Of a stretch of 64,000 bases of DNA, positions 46,311 through 59,635 are shown one piece after another. This stretch comes from Hemiscyllium ocellatum. Taxonomy: Eukaryota. Both the position numbers and the translations under genes were made by a program. Location of the stretch: positions 46,406,484 through 46,470,483 of the forward strand of contig NC_083408.1 of the NCBI RefSeq assembly GCF_020745735.1, given 5' to 3'. Below the pieces are notes generated by a model. That model saw nothing but the letters and a program-made list of their open reading frames with translations, had not been told where the DNA came from and ran no database searches. Within the stretch, counting starts at the first letter, position 1. Each line of letters opens with the position of its first letter.

Positions 46311-49300
46311 TTCAATTCTAAGTCTTAACAAGGTATTACTTCTCCTCAAAATTCCAAGTGGGAGGGTATGATTGATGTGTGTAAGAATGTTTCTGTGGGC
46401 AGTTTCAATATTGTAAGGCAGGAAATTTCAATTGTGGAGTGGGCATAATACAGATAGTGACTGGTGTCACTATGTTTGGCTGAATATCTCAAACAGTTCT
46501 GCTAAAATTATAGGGGAACTATGAACTCTACATATTATTGTTGCCATCTAACCTACATGTGCAATAGAAGTACAGCAATTAGTCTTATTATATTTGCAAG
46601 CTAGACCAAAAGAGAAAATAACAGTAAGATTTTGCCTCTATTTGTGAATAACATTCCAGCTGGAAGTGGAATCTGCTGAAAATTGTGGTGCTGTACTGTG
46701 ATGGTCTAGCAGTTGGATATCCCACGAGGAGTCATTCAGGAGTTCATGTACAATGAGTGCCTAATTGGATGCAAAATCAATAATTCTTAAATTATATCCT
46801 GATTAAAGTTATTATCAACAAGAGAAAAGTAAAGCAATTAAATTGTTCTGCTACCTTTTCTAATTACGTGAACAAATGCATTCATTTCAAAAACACATTT
46901 ATTTGGGTGGGTTATGCATGTATCACTATGAACCAGGCAGATTGTTAAACTCTGGTTTGTTGGCATCTCTATGAAGCATTTATGGCAAAATAATTGTTTT
47001 AATCAACACAATAATGTGCAAGCATTTACAAGCCCACTGAATATTTGTAATACCAATATTTTATTAATAAAACTTTTTCATTCAATTTGTCAACTTAGTC
47101 CAACATTAATAGATAGAAATTGTGAATAAATTACTTAGGTATCCAACAACAAACTTCATATGAGGGCTAAACAATCATTACAACAGTTAGCATTTAAGCA
47201 GACCACTCTCACCATATATAGTTGCAGAGTCTTCAAATGAAGCAGGTAAGTGAAAAAATGTCCTGAAATTTGGAAGAGTACAGACTTAATACAGATACAA
47301 TTTCCACTGACCAAATAATTCACAAGTATCCCAGGTTTGACTACATTTTTTAGTTATGTGCATGTGCCTATTCCTTTTGATTATCAAAATTATCTGATGT
47401 GCATTAGAGAAGACTGCCATTCTGCAGAAACAAAATCACTCCAGTTTAATATTTGTACAACTCAAGTAAAGTAATAACCTATGCATGTCATGAAATGAGA
47501 ATGACTATTAAAACCTTTATTCTGTGATAAATCATTGCTAAAATACCTTTAGGTTGACATCTCTAAATGAATATCTCACTTGAACAGAATTCAGTTAAAG
47601 TTTTCAGCACTGCAATCATTACAGCATCTTCTGTGACTCAATAAAGTCCAAAAAGGCAACAAGAGAAAGTGCTTTGTATCAAACAACAACATTGATATCA
47701 AGGGGAAAAAACAGAACATCTGGGAAAGGGCCAGCTTGATTGGGGGTAAGATAACATACTTTCAATCAGCAATTTTACAAAGTTATAAAAAGGATGGTCA
47801 AGTGCTGTCTAAGTGTATTATGAATATGTTCTCACTTTAATAACCGTCATTTTTTTTTGATGAAACTGAAGAATTATCATTCTGCATTTATGGCACCATC
47901 ACATCAACGAGGTCCTTATGTTGGTCAGATGTAAAGTAAAGCTTGTTCTATGTAGCTCAACAATGCTGTTTCAGGAGACCTTCCAGAGGGTATCAATAGG
48001 ATCTTGTATAGTCTCCACACCAGCCATCCTTATGATTTTTTTTCCCAAAAGGCAGTGTTGATTACTAAGTTATACTAAATTAACAAGAATTTTGTCTGTG
48101 AACCCAATGCTGAATTGAAACTGGACTGGAGTTACTCAGTCTAAGTGTCACACAATATCCAACACATAGAGGACAATGTTGCCAAAAGAGAAAATGCTGG
48201 AAAATCTCAGCAGGTCTGGCAGCATCTGTGAGGACAGAAAAGAGCTGACATGTTGTCCTTTCTCAGAACTGAATTTGCAGATGGATCTCAGAATGAACAG
48301 ACAACTGTGATATTTTGGATAGTTTGGTTAAGGAATTGAAAAGTAGTTACTTCTGAATATAATTCTTTAAAGGTAAAAACATGGGTTTTATTTATAGAAA
48401 AATACAATAAATGCGACTAAAACTTTGTATATTGCTTTCCAATTGATTGTAATGAATATTTAATTCATTGCTTGAAAATATGAGACACTGGCTGAATAAT
48501 CCTGGATGTGATAAGCCATTTAAGATTAACATTAAGGCTCACAGTACATCTTACATATGTTCATTAGAAGCTACGCATATTTATATACAGGAATCTGTCC
48601 CCTGCAGACAAAAAGAAATGTCTATACATTGTGCATTTTTAAAAATATAAACAATAGCAACAATAATAACAACAATGCCTCAACCAATGGACTCACAAAA
48701 CAATCATCAGTATTTTCTTGTGCTGTACAAATTGTTGTTCCCATTGAAATGTGGCATTCTTGTGTTTGTCCTGATGAAACAAGATAAAAAGCTTCAACTG
48801 TAAATATTTTTCAGCTAGACTCAAATTCAGTAGGACAAGTTACTATGCTCAGGAATTGGCAAGCACCTTGCATTCATTGTGCTAAGAAATCCCTGAACTT
48901 GAATGTTTTCTTAGAGCAATCCAGAAGCTATCCCCATTGGTTGTGAATAGAGCCAAATCTAAGAAGTGACAGACAGAACACACTAGTAACGAATGTACAT
49001 TTTGGGTATGAGTTAGCTTGTTTAAATCAAGCAAAGTACATTGAGATGGCAAGTGTAGCATATACAGGGTACATTGCTTTTGCATTAATATGCAAAGACA
49101 AAATTGACTGAATTAAATAAGTTTGATCAAAACTGCTAAGTAGCTTGTTCACTCGCTATTTTAACAATTAGTTTCTGGCCACATTTATCTTGAAGTTTCT
49201 TCATCTTCAAATCACTTGGAAGGGTACATGAGGAAATGTGTAAAGCATACAAGGATCTGGTTTCAACCACAAAAGTCTAATATTGTCACACCCTTGCATT

Positions 49301-49974
49301 ATGTATCCTAATGTATTCGGCAATATGAGACTACAATGGCATGCAAGAGGCATCACATTTACTGTGGATGATAACTACCATTAAAGGTGTGAAAGTATCT
49401 ACAGCAGACGCTCAACTTAAACCAACCTAATTCCAGCACTCTATCCAACCGAATCCTTATACTTAATCACTTAGGTTCAAGGAAAAAAAAAGTCACACCC
49501 CAAAAGGATACTATTTTTGGACTGCAAAACTTCTATTGCTGCACACCACTAACATTTTTGGAGAATTTTGCTCCTTTTTTTAATTTCTTCTGGTTACACA
49601 TGTAGAGCACTCTGTAAATGTAGAACTCAGACAAGTAATGGTAGCCTTTTCTCATATAGTGATTCACTTTCTCTTTTCTCATCATCCTATTTCTTTCCTA
49701 GTGAGTGCTGTCTTTCACTTCACCATTTATCCCAAAAGACATTATTATAATTAGAAACTCCCTAAAAGCCCATGTTGCATTTCTTTGTGATTTGTGTTAA
49801 TGACCATTCTAAAATAGAGAGCAGAAAGCCCTGGGGTTCAATTCCTGGAAGTGATGAGTTTGCTGATTTTGGTCAGAGTGACAATAAAGTTATTGCAATT
49901 GACTACAATGCCCCTTGTTTAAAAAGAAAGACTTGTATTTATATTGTAATTTTCATAACGACAGGATGTCCCAA

Positions 49975-50335
49975 CACACTTGTAAAGAAGTAAATTTGAA
50001 GTGCAGTCACTGTTAAATATAGGAAATCTGAAAGCCAATTTGACCATAGCAGGCTCCCACAAATAGTAATGATCAGACAAGCTGCATTTTATATCAATCA
50101 AGGTAAACATTGTCCAAGACATTGGAAAAACTGCCTATTCTTTTTCATAACGTGCCCTCTTTTATATCATGGGAGTGGCCTTCTTGGAATGACTCTGCCA
50201 ACAGTGCAGCACTGTCTTCAGTCCTGCACTGACATCTCAGCTAGATTATGTGCTCAAGGCTCTGGTGCAGGATTGAATTTCCAAAAGCATTTTGATTAAG
50301 AGGTAAGAATGCTACCACTGAGTTATGGCTGACAG
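49975..50335 (-). mobile_element. Deu-domain SINE in the probable CHRM5 3' UTR
   Basis: ttgaagtgcagtcactgtt...agccaatttg...cagcactgtcttcagtcctgcactg...ctagattatgtgctcaag. Confidence 0.55.
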
Positions 50336-51087
50336 GAAAGGAAAAGTCTCCTCGGGTTTCCATTCCTGATTGTTAATCTGATAACCCCTGCTGGAAAGAC
50401 CAGTTGTCTGGGCATTTAGTAAAGGGAATATCAGGGCGGCCTTGGATGGATTGTGTTCCCCTCCTTTCCAAAAGCCTACTGACAGTTACAAATGCAGCTG
50501 AAAGTAGCGCATTGAGGTCACAGGTGGCTGTGAAAGAATGCTTGATGGGTGTTACAGCTTTTAAGAAAGGAGGAAAAATCAAAAGAGCGAAATAAACTAG
50601 CTAAAAGCAGGAAGAGCTGTCTAGTAAAGGTGAAGTATCAATTTCCTGAGTAGTATTGCACTATGATGCAGTACGTAGCAAATAATTTTAGCACTGAGTC
50701 TTGTGTTTCATTTAATAGTCTTTCACATAGTGAAGTGTTTGCCACTGTGACATGCAAAATATTTATGAACCTTGAGACCAAGCAAATTGTGCAAGTTATC
50801 CCTGCCACTTTGACACCCTTTGCTTGAAATAGTGTTACAACAGGAAAATCTGACTCATTTCTTGTGAGATCGGCTGTAGTTTTTATTGGTACGTACTTAT
50901 GGTGGTCTGTTCCATTTCCATTCCCCACAAAACAATGTCTAGGCTGTTGTCCCAATTCTGCCACTGACCCACAAACATAAAACCCTGCCATTAATCACAA
51001 AGCCCTGTTGGTCACATGTGATGTATAAAATGAATTGCCTGATTCAAAATAAATGTTGATTTTACTCTGTCACGAACATGGTGTAGT

Positions 51088-52698
51088 TTACTTGTTGGCA
51101 GCTGAGTACTGACTATGGCAGCCTGATTTCTCTTCACTTCTTTTTCCCTTCCATTGAAATAATAACAACAGCTTAAATGTTTTACGAAATGTTTTGTTGC
51201 ACAGAGCATAACACATTGGGTTGACTGTGCTGTTGACATAGCACAGCCAGTATCCAAGATGCCACAATGACAATGGGATACAATTTGAACAGAATGTTGA
51301 GACTAATACCATAATATTATAAGGTGTCCAGGTGATGATGAAAGCTAGTAAGATAGCACTAAGCGTCTGGGCAGCCTTTTTTTCCTTGACCAGAACCAAC
51401 CGTTTTCTTTTGGTGATCTGGATGCCAAGATTTTGATCAAGATTTCTAATAGTTCGACCTTCTGAGTCAGCAGATGAACAGGGTGTTACCTTTTCTTCTG
51501 TACTTCCATTACTTGCATCTGAAGTTGATGAGAAACTTCCATTCTTAACAGCCAATTTACTACATTTGTAAGAAACATATTTTTTATCACTCATCTTTTT
51601 TAGAGGGGTCATCAAAGTGTTTTGATTTTCATAATCGTTTATGGTAGGATGCTTACCAAAGGACATCCTTGGGTCACCTTCACCACCACACACATTGGCC
51701 TGATTTTGCTCTTGAGATCCTGAAGTGACTGATGTTGTGGCAAGCTTTTCATCATTGCCTGGTGCTGGGCGATTAACAAAAGATCCCATTTTGTTACTGC
51801 TTAGCCGCTGCTCTGTGACATTTGGTGTAGGCATGGACTTCAGAGTCACTGTTGTGCTCCTGTTTGAAGAAGACCATGAAACTTCGCATCTTTCTTTGTT
51901 TGAAAGTTTGTTGCCTTCACAGCCAAAACAGGACTTCAAAAGAGTCTTTTTGGATGGCGCAACTTCATTTTCAGACCCCAGATTTGTTCCTTGAAGCTCT
52001 GCCAGGTCCTTAGTGCGCCTTTCTGTCTCTTTGTAGATACGGCAGTATAATATCGTCATCACCGACACAGGAATATAGAAAGCAGCTATTGCTGTGCTAA
52101 AAGTAATAATGGGCTCGGATAAAAATTGTATCTGGCACTCATTTGGGTGCACTGTCCTTTCTCCAACCAGGTACTGCCAGCATACAATGGCTGGGGCCCA
52201 TAATACAAAAGATATTAACCAAGCGAGTCCAATCATTATGCCAGCCCTTTTAGGTGTACGCTTAGCCCGATATGTCAAAGGGCGTGTAATTGAGAAATAC
52301 CTGTCAAAGCTAATGAGGAGCAAATTCATGACAGAAGCATTACTAGCTACATAATCTAATGCCAACCACAAATCACATGTCAGATTTCCCAGCGACCAGT
52401 AACCCATTAGAATATAAGAGGTGTAGAGGTTCATTGAAAACACTCCAATGATGAGATCAGCACAGGCCAGGCTTAACAAATAATAATTGTTCACAGTCTT
52501 AAGTTGGCTATTCACTTTGAATGAGACAATGACTAAAATGTTACCAATTATAGTTATAAAGCTTACAATTGCAGTAATGGTGGCGATTGATACTATTTTC
52601 AAAAGACTGTGTCCCTCCTCTTGATTGGAGATATTGTCATCTAGAGTCGCATTCTTTAAAAAACTTAATCCCATGATTTCAGGAACTGGAGTTAACAT
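51088..52698 (-). CDS. CHRM5: Muscarinic acetylcholine receptor M5 (single coding exon; probable true start at the second ATG, 52674, giving 528 aa)
   Basis: 7TM class A GPCR with [48 protein letters not shown] and NPMCY. M5-type features: [37 protein letters not shown]. Synteny with EMC7 and KATNBL1. Splice acceptor ttttcag at 52837. Confidence 0.96.
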   Translation of the reverse strand: MLTPVPEIMGLSFLKNATLDDNISNQEEGHSLLKIVSIATITAIVSFITIIGNILVIVSFKVNSQLKTVNNYYLLSLACADLIIGVFSMNLYTSYILMGYWSLGNLTCDLWLALDYVASNASVMNLLLISFDRYFSITRPLTYRAKRTPKRAGIMIGLAWLISFVLWAPAIVCWQYLVGERTVHPNECQIQFLSEPIITFSTAIAAFYIPVSVMTILYCRIYKETERRTKDLAELQGTNLGSENEVAPSKKTLLKSCFGCEGNKLSNKERCEVSWSSSNRSTTVTLKSMPTPNVTEQRLSSNKMGSFVNRPAPGNDEKLATTSVTSGSQEQNQANVCGGEGDPRMSFGKHPTINDYENQNTLMTPLKKMSDKKYVSYKCSKLAVKNGSFSSTSDASNGSTEEKVTPCSSADSEGRTIRNLDQNLGIQITKRKRLVLVKEKKAAQTLSAILLAFIITWTPYNIMVLVSTFCSNCIPLSLWHLGYWLCYVNSTVNPMCYALCNKTFRKTFKLLLLFQWKGKRSEEKSGCHSQYSAANK

Positions 52699-52904
52699 TT
52701 AGAGTAAACGATGACCATTCAAATTCAATCTGCTAAAAAACTTAGATGAGAAATCTCATACCCATGACATGAACTGGGGATTATAAGGGTGTGATTTCTT
52801 CTGTAGGTATCTTTTCTCTTTGCCTCTTTGGTTCTACTGAAAAATAAGAAAAAGATTACAAAAATTGTTTCCTTTCTTAACCTATAATTTAAGACTATTA
52901 GACC

Positions 52905-54178
52905 AAAATCATAGAAGCACAAGTAGGCCATTCAGCTCATTGAGTATATTTCATCATTCAGTGAGATCACAGCTGATCTGATAAAACACAACTCCACTTT
53001 CCTGCCTTTTCCCTATAATCCTTGATTCATTTATTGATAAAAAGTTTGTCTATCTTGAATATACTTAACAACTCAGACAATGGTCCTCTGTGCTAAAGAA
53101 GTCCACAATTACACAACCCTGTAAGAGAAGAAATTCTTTAAATGCACGACCCCTTAGTCTCAGCTTACACCCTCTCATCCTCGACTCTTGCCCAATGCAG
53201 AAGCAACCTTTTCACACCTCACCTGTTAAGTACTCTATCAGTATTTTTCTATAAGGCTATCTCTCATTCTTCCATACTCCAAAGAGTACAGGTCCAATCT
53301 GTTCAACCTTTCCTCATAAGGTAGTCCATCTGTACTTGCTACCAGCCCTGTAAATCTTCTCCAGGCTGCTTTCAATGCCAGTATATATTTCCTCCAATAA
53401 GGGACTCCCACAGTATTCCAGCTGTGGGCTGACTAATGCTTTGTACAGTTTTCACAAAATCTTCCAATTTTATACTTCATTCCCTTTGAAATAAAGGCCC
53501 ATGTTCCATTTGCCTTCCCTATTATGTGGATGCAAGCTGTTTGTGATTCTTGGGTACAAACTCCAAAATCTCTCCTTTCTGTAGCTTTTCTCCATTTAAA
53601 TAATATTCAGCTCCTCTATTCTTCCTGCCAACATGCATAATCACTCAATTCCCCATATTATATTCCAACTGCTAAAGTTTTGCCCACTCACTTAATCTAT
53701 CCTCAACAGCTTCTTTACTTCATCCTCACCACTTGCCTCCCCACTTATTTTTCTTTAATCATCCAACATAAACATGGCATTCACTTTCCTTGTCCAAGTC
53801 ATTAATATATATTGGACATAATTGTGGCCCCAGCACCAATTCCTGCGTCACTCCACAGGTTGACGTCCTGAAACTGTCTCCTTAATCCAACTTGCTGTCA
53901 TCTATTAATTAGACAGTCATTTATCAATGCCAATATACAATCCCAGCGCCATCAGCTCTTTTCTTATTAAGTAGCCAAATATGTGTTATCTCATCAAACA
54001 CTTCCCAAAAATTCAAATATATTATTTCTACTGCTTTGCCTTTATCTATCCTGCTTGTTAATTCCTCCAAGAATTCTAGTAAATTTGTCAGACAAAATTT
54101 CCCTTTCATGAAGCCATGCTGACTCATATTATGCATTTCTAAATGTTCTATTTCGCATCCTTTAGAAGACTTGAACAT
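52905..54178 (-). mobile_element. Old CR1 LINE fragment
   Basis: ORF 53924-54178 (SQHGFMKGKFCLTNLLEFLEELTSRIDKG); CR1 3' tail near 52905. Confidence 0.85.
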
Positions 54179-55234
54179 TTTCTCAAAAACTTATTTGTTT
54201 TCCAGTATCCAAATGTATCTTAAATAATCAAATGTTGTTCAATTATTTTGAATAATTTGACTGGTGGGTGAGCTTATAGACTTTACCTTTAAGTCAGGAA
54301 CTCTAATGACCATGACAGGTGTCTTCACAATGTGACCAAACAGTAACAATCAAAGTGTCCTTCTTGCTCTGAGGAACTTCCAGAGAAAGAAAATAAGCTA
54401 AAGTAACTACGACACTTTAAAATACATTTTAGGTCCTTTTTCTTTTTCTAGTCGAGTATTTAACTAGTCCTTGAACTAGTAATTCAAACGTCTGGTATTT
54501 TTGTCAGTGTACAAAGGAATGCAAAATGTTTAATACAACATTAAAACTATTATGTAAAACCATTACTTGGAGTTAAACATGTTCCAGAATTATTTCCTTG
54601 CCACAGATAGCTCAAGAAAATAGCCCACATCAGAAACAGAAAATGGAATGTGCCCAGACATTGATCATACTATGACAAAACATTGTATAATAGAGTTTCT
54701 ACTTTGGATACAATCTTGAATTGCTTAGTTGGAATCACCTCTGATTATGGTATGTGTGGGTGATAGAAGCCAATTGAACCTTCTGATACAATATTAGCCT
54801 TGTCTCAACTCTTATGTAATGGAAACTAATAGGTATCACCTCAGCACATACAAATACCTTGCTGAAGTTAAGAAAGCTGTCATTGTATCTACAACAGATC
54901 ATGAGGTCAGAATATATCTGGATAATTATGGTGGGCATGTGCAAAGAAATGACACCTAGATACTACGTCATTTCATTTAACATACTCTTAAGCTTGGTCT
55001 AGTCACTGTGGATTTGCAGACACAATGGCAAAAGATCTCTGCCTTAGGCCTTCAGCCATGATACACCAAAAGCCTGGAAACTGTAGAACTTCACAGACTG
55101 GAATCTTCATTGTCACAATCAGTAGCATAGAAATTGTATTGAAGCAACTCAGAGCTGCTTGGAGGAAAGTTTCTTTGTATTATACTTGCTGTAACTTTCA
55201 ATTTGAAATGTTGTCCCCTACAATCATAAATATT

Positions 55235-55968
55235 AAGAGTATTAATGCTGAACAAAGATACCTTGGAGTGCAGGCTCATAATTCCTTGCAAGTGGAGTCT
55301 CAGGTAGATAGGACAGTGAAGAAGATGTTTGGTATGCTTTCCGTTATTAGTCAGAGCATTGGGTAAAGGAGTTGGGAGGTCATATTGAGGCTGTACAGGA
55401 CATTGGTTACGCCACTTTTGGAATATTGTGTGCAATTCTGGTCTCCCTCCTATAGGAAGGATGTTGTGAACTTTGAAAGGGTTCTGAAAAGATTTACAAG
55501 GATGTTGCCTGGGTTGGAGGGTTTGAGCTATAAGGAGAAGCTGAATAGGCTGGGGTTGCTTTCGTTGGACAATCAGAGGCTAACGGTGACCTTATAGAAG
55601 TTTGTAAGATCATGACGGGCATCGATAGATAAATAGACAAAGTCTTTTCCTTGGTTTGGGGAGTCCAAAATTAGAGGGCTTAGGTTTAGGGTGAGAGGGG
55701 AAAGATTTAAAAGGGACCTAAGGAGCAACTCTTTCATGTAAAAGCTGGTGGTAGTGCATATTTAGAATGAGCTGCCAGAGGAAGTGGTGGAGACTGGTAC
55801 AATTACAACACTTAAAAGGCATCTGGATGAGTATATGAATAGGAAGGGTTTAGAGAGATATGAGCCAATTGCTGGCAAATGGGACTAGATTAGGTTGGGA
55901 TATCTGGTTGGCATGGGCAGGTTGGAACAAAGGGTCTGTTTCCATGCCGTACATCTCCATGACTCTAT
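55235..55968 (+). mobile_element. CR1 3' fragment
   Basis: ORF 55385-55597 (LYRTLVTPLLEYCVQFWSPSYRKDV); tail ctccatgactctata. Confidence 0.9.
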
Positions 55969-58626
55969 AAATCAATGCTCATAAGAATAAACATGCTGTG
56001 CAGTAAGAGTTGCGAGTTACTTTAGTTATAACACAGAAACAAAATATCTAAATATACTTCTTCTATTAGGTTTCGGCTTCTGTTGATAGGGGTTAGCTTT
56101 TGAACTGTACAACCAATTTAGTTATTCATATACAAATTGAATGTGTAAGAATATTTGAGGATTTCTATCTCATTACATTACATACATTTTGTATATATTT
56201 TTAAGTATATATGTGTGCATTCTGTATTAGTTTGATATAATTTTGTTGAAAGTTATAACCAACTTTGCAATCTGTTTTTAACAGTAAGTAGCTATTTTAA
56301 AATAGCAACAGCCACAGTAAAGCTTATTGCCCATCAGGTCTCCAAATAACAGACAGTTATTTAAAAGTGAATGATCTAATAGGACACAGTCACAGTCACA
56401 GTCAGATGATTGTCTAATTTAATTAAAAATTCACACAAAATTAGCAAAATGTCAGACAGAGTTATTCGTGGAATCTAAATGGCCATCAAGAAATAACTGG
56501 GCATTGCACAGTCAGAGTCTAAATCATGCACTGATTGGACCAATCAGACTTCAGGGATACTACTGGTGCTGCTATGATTGTGGTTCAGAAAGAGTTAATA
56601 GGACCTGTGACTCAATAGTACATGTGCAGAATGAAGAAAGGAAACAGAGCAAGAATTTTGGGCAAGAAGCACCCTAGCCAACCAAGGACAACTATTCCAT
56701 TGTGAATAAGATCAATTAATTGCCTTGTTATGGATCATTTTCACTGTACTTGTTTTATTGCTTAATAAATTTGCAAACCTTGTCCAAACACACTCATAGC
56801 TGGAGTGTTTTTGTATTTGGTCAGACACTGAGTCTCAAAATTAATGTTAAATTGGATTTCAAAATTTTATAGTACGGAGTTACGCTGAATTTTCTTTAAC
56901 TTCCTGTAACAGTACTTTATTAATTCGATGAATAAACATACATATCTTGACAAAAAAAGAACTTTTAAATAATTCAGGTACCAGTGGCTTCACAGTTAAA
57001 TCTTGACTGTCTTCTTACACTTTCCAACTGAGATCACTGAAGAAATGACTCCCGAGAACATCACTTCATTGTGGTACGTGGCTATTCAGATGATCATATG
57101 CCTCAGTAGGTCTGTTTCTGTGTTGAAAATTTTAGGTCAAGCCCCTTCCCAGGACTTGTTATCATGAAAAGATTGTTCATGTCATGGTCAAATAAATTGG
57201 GCCAGATCTTCTCATGAAATAACAGCACCAGTGAGCTGCAGAAACAATGCTATACACACTAGAAATTCAAATGTGTATGCATTTTAGTTGTCTCGAAAGT
57301 ATAACCATCCCCATGCCAACGGACTGTTGGGGCTGCTGAGTGGAACCTGTGAATATTCCTCACACTAAGCTTAGTTTTGGAGACTGAGGCTTACTACACA
57401 ATACCTACCATAGAATTATTATGCTGTCTAATCTCTGGTGTGGCTCTGTGATCATCAGGAGAGCTCAACTCAACTGTCCAGCCTCTGAGTTGTGCTTCCC
57501 TCACTCATTTACCCACTTAAAACCTTTGAGTTCTTTAAACACTTCTCTAGATGCAGCAGCTAATAAAGCCACAACAAAGGTGCTTGTTCCGGGTGCTGCT
57601 GTGAATGGCTGTATTGAAGCATCTCTGTTAAAACCATACAGGAAGATTTGACTAAAATGATACAAAAAGGGTGGAGGAGTTGTGGGGGTAAGCACAGGAG
57701 GGTGCCATTGATCTTCATGGTCAACCACATTTACCCCATAATCGTTGCTGATGAAACACCTAGGCAGGTGCTGCGGAGATAATCAACCTGCTAATCCTTC
57801 TGACATGACCGTGGAAGCTTTGTTAACCATATGAGGCAGAGTGGTGCCTCTCAAGCTATTATTCTTTGTGGCTCTCTTGTGGAGAGGGGGACAGAATAGG
57901 GAGGGGCTCTGAGTGGACTGCAACTGATTGTAAATTGGCACAACTAAGCACTGACAACATTTTGAGTTCCCTATGATTACAAATACCACATCACAAGTTA
58001 TATTTATACATGAGAATTGAACTGTAAAATGAATACATGCTTACATTTTTTCTTTATTTATGGGCTTTAGGTGTCATGCCGGATTATTGCCCATCCCTAA
58101 TTGCCCTTGAGAAGGGGCGATGAGCTTCCATTTTGAACTGCTGCAGTTTTCCAGCAGTTACATTTAGTTGTGGACTACTGCAGTATCTGAGGAGTTGTGA
58201 ATGGGCTGACCTTTGTGCAATCGTTGGCGAACATTCCCACTTTTGATGGAGGGAGGCTCATTGTTGAAGCAGCTGAACATGGTTGGGCTTAGGACACTAC
58301 CCTGAGGAACTGCTGCTGAGAAGTCCTGGAGCTGAGTTAACTGACCTCCAACTATCACGACCATCTTCCTATGCGCCAGGTATGATTCCAACTCACAGAA
58401 AGATTTACCCCATTGACTATCGACTCTAGTTTTGCCTGAGTTCCTTCATGCCATATGGTCACATGCTATGTTGATGTCAAGGACAATTGCTCTCACTTCA
58501 CCTCTGGAATTCAGCTCTTTTGCCTATGTTTGAACCAAGGCTATAATGAGGTCAGGAGCTGAGTGGCCCTGGTGTAATCCAAACTGGGCATCACTGAGCA
58601 GGGGCTGCTTGATAGCATTATTCACT

Positions 58627-58940
58627 TTAGATTAAATTAGATTACTTACAGTGTGGAAACAGGCCCTTCGGCCCAACAAGTCTACACCGACCCGCCGAAG
58701 CGCAACCCACCCATACCCCTACATATACCCCTTACCTAACACTACGGGCAATTTAGCATGGCCAATTCACCTGACCCGCACATCTTTGGACTGTGGGAGG
58801 AAACCGGAGCACCCGGAGGAAACCCACGCAGACACGGGGAGAACATGCAAACTCCACACAGTCAGTCGCCTGAGGCGGGAATAGAACCCAGATCCCTGGC
58901 GCTGTGAGGCAGCAGTGCTAACCACTGTGCCACCGTGCCG
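58627..58940 (-). mobile_element. Full-length HE1-related SINE
   Basis: The minus strand begins gggcggcacggtggcacagtggttagcactgctgcctcacagcgccagggatctgggttc (tRNA head) and ends in a TCTAA-type tail. Confidence 0.9.
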
Positions 58941-59137
58941 CCCGTTACTGATGCTTGAGAGTAGACTGATGGCATGGTAATTGACCAGGTTGGATTTATT
59001 CTGCATTTTATGAACAAGACAAATATGAGCATTTTTTTTCATTGTCATATAGATGCCAGTGTTATAACACACTGGAAGAACTTGGTTAGGAGTGCAGCAA
59101 GTTCTGGAGCACAAATCTTCAGTACTATTGCCAGAAT

Positions 59138-59635
59138 TGAAATGAATTGAATTGAATTTATTGTCACGTGTACCGAGGCACAGTAAAAAGCTTTGTCTTG
59201 CGAGCAATGCAGGCAGATCACAGAGTTAAGTAGCATAGATAAGTAAATAACAGGTAAACAGCAGCAAAATCAAAAACAGGTGAATGTTAAGAGTTTATGA
59301 GTCCATTCAGTATTCTAACAACAGTCGGGTAGAAACTGTTGTGAAACCGGCTGGTGCATGTGTTCAGGCTTCTGTACCTTCTCCCCGATGGTAGAGGTTG
59401 TAGAAAAACATTGCCAGGGTGGGATAGATCTTTGAGAATGCTGGCGGCCTTTCCTTGACAGCGGGCCTGGTAGATGGATTCTATAGATGGGAAATTGGCC
59501 TTTGTGATTGTCCAGGCTGAGTTCACCACACTCTGTAACCGTCTCCAATCTTATTGGTACAGTTGCCATACCAGGTAGTGATACATCCAGACAGAATGCT
59601 CTCGATGGCACACCTATAAAAGTTGGCAAGAGCCC
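59138..59635 (-). mobile_element. Rex/Babar- or L2-type LINE 3' fragment
   Basis: ORF 59287-59529 (SHPGNVFLQPLPSGRRYRSLNTCTSRFHNSFYPTVVRILN); (attca)n tail. Confidence 0.75.

Noticed and set aside
46880-51087. About 4.2-kb CHRM5 3' UTR ending at a minus-strand AATAAA (46898-46903)
   Set aside because: Plausible, but several other minus-strand AATAAA sites exist in this AT-rich region and none can be chosen without transcript data.
58860-58940. tRNA gene
   Set aside because: The A/B boxes belong to a tRNA-derived SINE head that continues into SINE body; no complete cloverleaf.
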